Of a DNA stretch of 64,000 nt, positions 60,854 through 64,000 are shown in pieces. The notes under the pieces are model-generated. The model was not told the origin of the DNA. It ran no database searches and worked only from the letters and a program-made list of their open reading frames with translations. This stretch comes from an uncultured Gammaproteobacteria bacterium (GTDB lineage Bacteria > Patescibacteriota > Microgenomatia > UBA1406 > GWC2-37-13). The translations under genes were made by a program, and so were the position numbers. The stretch spans positions 24,060-88,059 of the forward strand of contig CAYMOO010000001.1 of the NCBI GenBank assembly GCA_964392185.1. The letters run 5' to 3'. Within the stretch, counting starts at the first letter, position 1. Each line of letters begins with the position of its first letter.

Positions 60854-61942
60854 ATGCCAACAAAAAAAACAAAGACAAAAACAACGACTCAAAATCAGAA
60901 CCTAATGGAGTCACTTCTTCAAAAAGGAACAGTAGCTACAGTTAAGAAGAGTCAAGAGCTTGATGCAAAAATTGTTGCGCTTTCAAAAAAAGGTGTCACC
61001 TTTAATGTGGGTGGCAAAGCACATGCCGTGCTCGGGGATCGTGAAGTCAAAGAAATCTCAACTTATCTGCCTTATCTTAAAATCGGGGACACCGTACATA
61101 TAAGAGTCATTTCTGAAGAATCCAAAGAAGGTTTTCCAGTTGTTTCAATGAGAAAATTTTTCGAAAAAGGTAAGTGGGACATATTAAAGCAGAAGAAAGA
61201 AAATGAAGAAAACATCGAAGTAGTGTGTGGAGAGTATGGTAAAGGTGGAGTCTTTATCGACTTCATGGGAATTCGTGGTGTTATCCCAAAAATACAACTT
61301 ACCGCCGACTTTCTCAATAGCCCGGAAAAGCTTGAAAAACAAAAAATTAAAGTGAAGGTGCTAGAGGTAGACCAGATAAAAAACCGCTTAGTAGTATCTC
61401 AAAAGGCTTCCGCACTGAACATCTCACATAAAGAATTAAAAGAGAGGTTCGACAAAATAAAAGTCGGCGAAAAATATGAAGCGAAAGTACTTGGCGTATC
61501 TGAATTTGGAGTTTTCTGTGAAGTAAACGGTGTTGAGGGATTGGTTCACATATCTGAAATTTCTTGGGAAAAAGTGACCGATACTTCTTCTTATGTACGA
61601 CAGGGCGAGACGATAAATGTAATCGTCGTGGAAAAGAACGAAACAGATCTTAAATTAAATCTTTCGATAAAGCGCTTCAGTAAGGATCCTTGGGACTCAA
61701 TAGAGGAAAAGTATCCGAAAGATAAAGCTATCGAAGGCGAAGTTGTGAGAAAAGAACAATATGGATACTTTGTCCGATTAGAACCGGGAGTAGAGGGTCT
61801 TATTCATGTAAGTAAGCTTGCCGGTGCTGAAAATATAAAAATTGGTCAGAAAATCACCGTATTTATAGAGCGAATAAATGTCAAGAGCAGAAAAATGAGC
61901 CTCCTCCTGCCACAGACAGAAAAACCAATCACTTACCGCTAA
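60854..61942 (+). CDS. rpsA: 30S ribosomal protein S1 (four S1 domains)
   Basis: 362-aa ORF with repeated S1 OB-fold modules. Examples are GVFIDFMGIRGVIP, FGVFCEVNGVEGLVHISEISW and YGYFVRLEPGVEGLIHVSKL. Confidence 0.8.
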   Translation: MPTKKTKTKTTTQNQNLMESLLQKGTVATVKKSQELDAKIVALSKKGVTFNVGGKAHAVLGDREVKEISTYLPYLKIGDTVHIRVISEESKEGFPVVSMRKFFEKGKWDILKQKKENEENIEVVCGEYGKGGVFIDFMGIRGVIPKIQLTADFLNSPEKLEKQKIKVKVLEVDQIKNRLVVSQKASALNISHKELKERFDKIKVGEKYEAKVLGVSEFGVFCEVNGVEGLVHISEISWEKVTDTSSYVRQGETINVIVVEKNETDLKLNLSIKRFSKDPWDSIEEKYPKDKAIEGEVVRKEQYGYFVRLEPGVEGLIHVSKLAGAENIKIGQKITVFIERINVKSRKMSLLLPQTEKPITYR

Positions 61943-62005
61943 TCTTTAACTCTCTTCGTCTGCACTAGTCGTTTATAACGTTTATAATGTTTATACTTAA
62001 ACATT

Positions 62006-62836
62006 ATGGAACAACACCCGATCCCAAGACAAATAACCTCCTTTGAATTCAAACTTATCGGGTTTATGACTTTACATCAGTTTCTATATCTGGTCGTGTT
62101 CTTCCCCAGTGCTTTTGTCGTCTTCAAACTTATACCGATTCCCTTTATAAATATAATGGCCGCTTTCGTAACCGCAGGCGCCGGAATCGCGTTTGCATTC
62201 TTACCAATCCAAGACAGACCACTCGATGTGTGGCTAAAAAACTTATGGAAAAGACTCAATTCGCCTACACAGTATACATATCATAAAAATAATCCCGCGA
62301 TACTTGTTTTACAGGATTTATATTATATATCGGATCCACACAAAGTTTCGGCCCACATCGAAACCAGAGAAAAATTATCATCGTATTTATCAAGAACACA
62401 ACCCAAACCCCAACCAAATAACAAAAAATTAGAGATCCAAAACCTAATCAACAAAGCAGCAACTGAAAAAACGACATTAAAAACTCCTTTGGCTCCGGCA
62501 AAAAAAGCACCAAATGGAGCGACGCCGTTACCCAAATCGCTTCAGCCGACAGTAGAGGCGCCCAACAAACCCTTCCTCATGGGCACCATCAAAAACAACA
62601 AAAAGATACCTCTTCCTGGTGTGCTTATTTACATTAAAGATAAAAGCAATAAGCCGATAAGACTTCTGAAAACAAACCCCCATGGTGTTTTTGCCACCTT
62701 TCATACTATTCCACCGGGAGAATATACTCTCGAACCCAAGGATGCTAAAGAAGGGTATTTTTTTGATACAATGAAAATCACGATAACAAGTGCACCGATA
62801 AACAGTTTAGAAATCCATTCGAAGGAAATGTTGTGA
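62006..62836 (+). CDS. PrgI-family T4SS membrane protein with C-terminal carboxypeptidase-regulatory-like beta domain
   Basis: The N-terminal IPRQITSFEFKLIGFMTLHQFLYL plus two TM helices resemble the PrgI family. The C-terminal GVLIYIKDKSNKPIRLLKTNPHGVFAT resembles the CarboxypepD_reg pattern. Confidence 0.5.
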   Translation: MEQHPIPRQITSFEFKLIGFMTLHQFLYLVVFFPSAFVVFKLIPIPFINIMAAFVTAGAGIAFAFLPIQDRPLDVWLKNLWKRLNSPTQYTYHKNNPAILVLQDLYYISDPHKVSAHIETREKLSSYLSRTQPKPQPNNKKLEIQNLINKAATEKTTLKTPLAPAKKAPNGATPLPKSLQPTVEAPNKPFLMGTIKNNKKIPLPGVLIYIKDKSNKPIRLLKTNPHGVFATFHTIPPGEYTLEPKDAKEGYFFDTMKITITSAPINSLEIHSKEML

Positions 62837-62840
62837 CATT

Positions 62841-63497
62841 ATGCAGCCAAAAAAACCCACATCACCCATAAAAGCGACAACACAGAGCTTCATCGCGATC
62901 GAAGACGTTAAAGATGATATTTTACTGATGAAAGATTTTTCTGCGACTTGCATCATAGAAATCGGAGCGGTAAACTTCTGGCTTCTATCTCAGGAAGAGC
63001 AGGCCTCAATAATCTATTCATACGCGAGCTTACTCAATTCTTTGTCTTTTCCTGTTCAGATCCTTATCCTTTCCAAAAGAATGGATATTTCTTCATATAT
63101 AGAATACCTTAACGGCAAAATCAAAACTCAATCAAACACCCTTATAAAAAACCGCCTCAACTCATATAAAGAATTCATTCAAGACATTGTGAAAATAAAC
63201 ACCGTCCTCGAAAAAAGATTTTTTTTCACAATCCCCTTCAACCCGCTCGAGCTCGGAGTATCCGGAGTAAACACCAAAGGTATGAATAAAGAATATATTT
63301 TTAGCAGAGCGAAGGCCTCTCTGTATCCAAAAAGGGATCATCTTTTGCGCTTATTGGCAAAAGTCGGCTTGAGATCGACAGTGATGCAACAACAGGAGAT
63401 CGTTGATCTTTTTTATAACCTATATAATCCATCATCGACAGGAAGACAGTTGGCGCCCATTGCCAGTTACACTGACGTTATAACAACAACGGGTTAA
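62841..63497 (+). CDS. Hypothetical protein resembling the N-terminal (non-ATPase) domain of VirB4/TrbE
   Basis: 218-aa ORF. FIAIEDVKDDILLMKDFSATCIIEIGAVNFWLLSQEEQASIIYSYASLLNSLSFPVQILILSKRMD follows the same pattern as the start of the next ORF and of VirB4 N-domains. No Walker motifs are present. Confidence 0.4.
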   Translation: MQPKKPTSPIKATTQSFIAIEDVKDDILLMKDFSATCIIEIGAVNFWLLSQEEQASIIYSYASLLNSLSFPVQILILSKRMDISSYIEYLNGKIKTQSNTLIKNRLNSYKEFIQDIVKINTVLEKRFFFTIPFNPLELGVSGVNTKGMNKEYIFSRAKASLYPKRDHLLRLLAKVGLRSTVMQQQEIVDLFYNLYNPSSTGRQLAPIASYTDVITTTG

Positions 63498-63506
63498 CTT
63501 AATAAT

Positions 63507-64000
63507 ATGTTCGGATCAGGAAACAAAAAATCATCAGGAAAAATCCCCTCAACATCTCAGAATGTGGCCGACGTAATGGCTAAGGGTACTCTAGCGATCA
63601 AAGATATGATTGCGCCGTCTTTTGTTGAAGTGGATTTTAATAATATAAAAATCGATGATAAATATTATCGGACGCTATACGTGGTTGGTTATCCAAGATA
63701 TGTGAATGCCAATTGGTTATACTCTCTGATAACATTCGATCATCCTGTGTACACATCGATGTATATCTATCCGACCGAGGCAAAAGTTGTTCTTGAGGAA
63801 CTGCGACGAAAAATAGCCGAGATGGAGGCGACAATCGAAGGTGATATAAAAGCAGGAAAAGTAGTTGATCCGACGGTGCAGGTAGCGCTCGATGATGCTC
63901 TTGCGCTCCAGGCTGAACTCGCCAAAGGATCGGAGAGGTTCTTTCAGTTCGGGCTTTATATAACCGTTCCGGCAGATAGCCTTGATGAACTGGATCAAAT
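63507..64000 (+). CDS. VirB4/TrbE-like T4SS ATPase, 5' part (runs off the window end)
   Basis: An open frame runs from the ATG at 63507 to the window end. It is not in the ORF track because it has no stop. IKDMIAPSFVEVDFNNIKIDDKYYRTLYVVGYPRYVNANWLYSLITFDHPVYTSMYIYP is typical of VirB4-family N-termini. Confidence 0.6.
   Translation, partial: MFGSGNKKSSGKIPSTSQNVADVMAKGTLAIKDMIAPSFVEVDFNNIKIDDKYYRTLYVVGYPRYVNANWLYSLITFDHPVYTSMYIYPTEAKVVLEELRRKIAEMEATIEGDIKAGKVVDPTVQVALDDALALQAELAKGSERFFQFGLYITVPADSLDELDQ

Noticed and set aside
1-64000. Alternative genetic code (UGA recoding, as in some CPR lineages), and a diversity-generating retroelement
   Set aside because: TGA terminates several well-defined genes (for example the prenyl synthase at 7686-7688), and all family-recognisable ORFs are intact under the standard code. 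No reverse transcriptase ORF or template/variable repeat pair was noticed.

Overview
This is a low-GC, very tightly packed bacterial chromosome segment. Many genes overlap by 1-17 nt, and the standard genetic code applies, with TGA used as a stop. I call about 60 CDS, two complete tRNAs (Ala-GGC, Pro-TGG) and a tRNA 5' end cut by the window edge. No rRNA, CRISPR array, transposase or prophage was seen.

The gene content suggests a Patescibacteria/CPR (Microgenomates-like) genome, which is inference only. The supporting genes are a type IV pilus operon with a 1012-aa pilin-like protein, PrgI/VirB4/VirD4-like genes, a membrane-anchored SNase nuclease, RNase Y, a class II RNR and tRNAs without encoded CCA.

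Main blocks:
1. A zwf-gnd fusion operon (0.6-4.2 kb).
2. A four-gene carotenoid cluster, crtI-crtB-polyprenyl synthase-lycopene cyclase (4.3-8.4 kb).
3. mgtA, flavodoxin and assorted small genes (8.4-17 kb).
4. Secreted Cys-rich proteins, then a visibly more GC-rich single-gene cassette bracketed by inverted repeats next to tRNA-Pro (17.4-22 kb).
5. An Hpt-REC-pilB-pilC-pilin operon followed by a REC plus VirD4-like ATPase pair (23.8-36.2 kb).
6. An RNase HI gene and a Xer-like recombinase whose catalytic Tyr is Phe (37-38.3 kb).
7. A B12 block, nrdR-nrdJ-pduO-DUF4430-membrane protein. It is followed by a cobalamin riboswitch that controls two genes of unknown function (38.9-45.3 kb).
8. A GAF-ANTAR regulator and glnA separated by a dual hexaloop-hairpin leader (49.9-52.2 kb).
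9. pgi, manA-like, UbiA, recA-recX, rny, HU and rpsA (53-62 kb).
10. The start of a PrgI/VirB4 T4SS-like module (62-64 kb).

The most interesting candidates are the riboswitch-controlled unknown genes, the inverted-repeat-flanked GC-rich cassette, the catalytically degenerate recombinase, and carotenoid genes in this genomic background.
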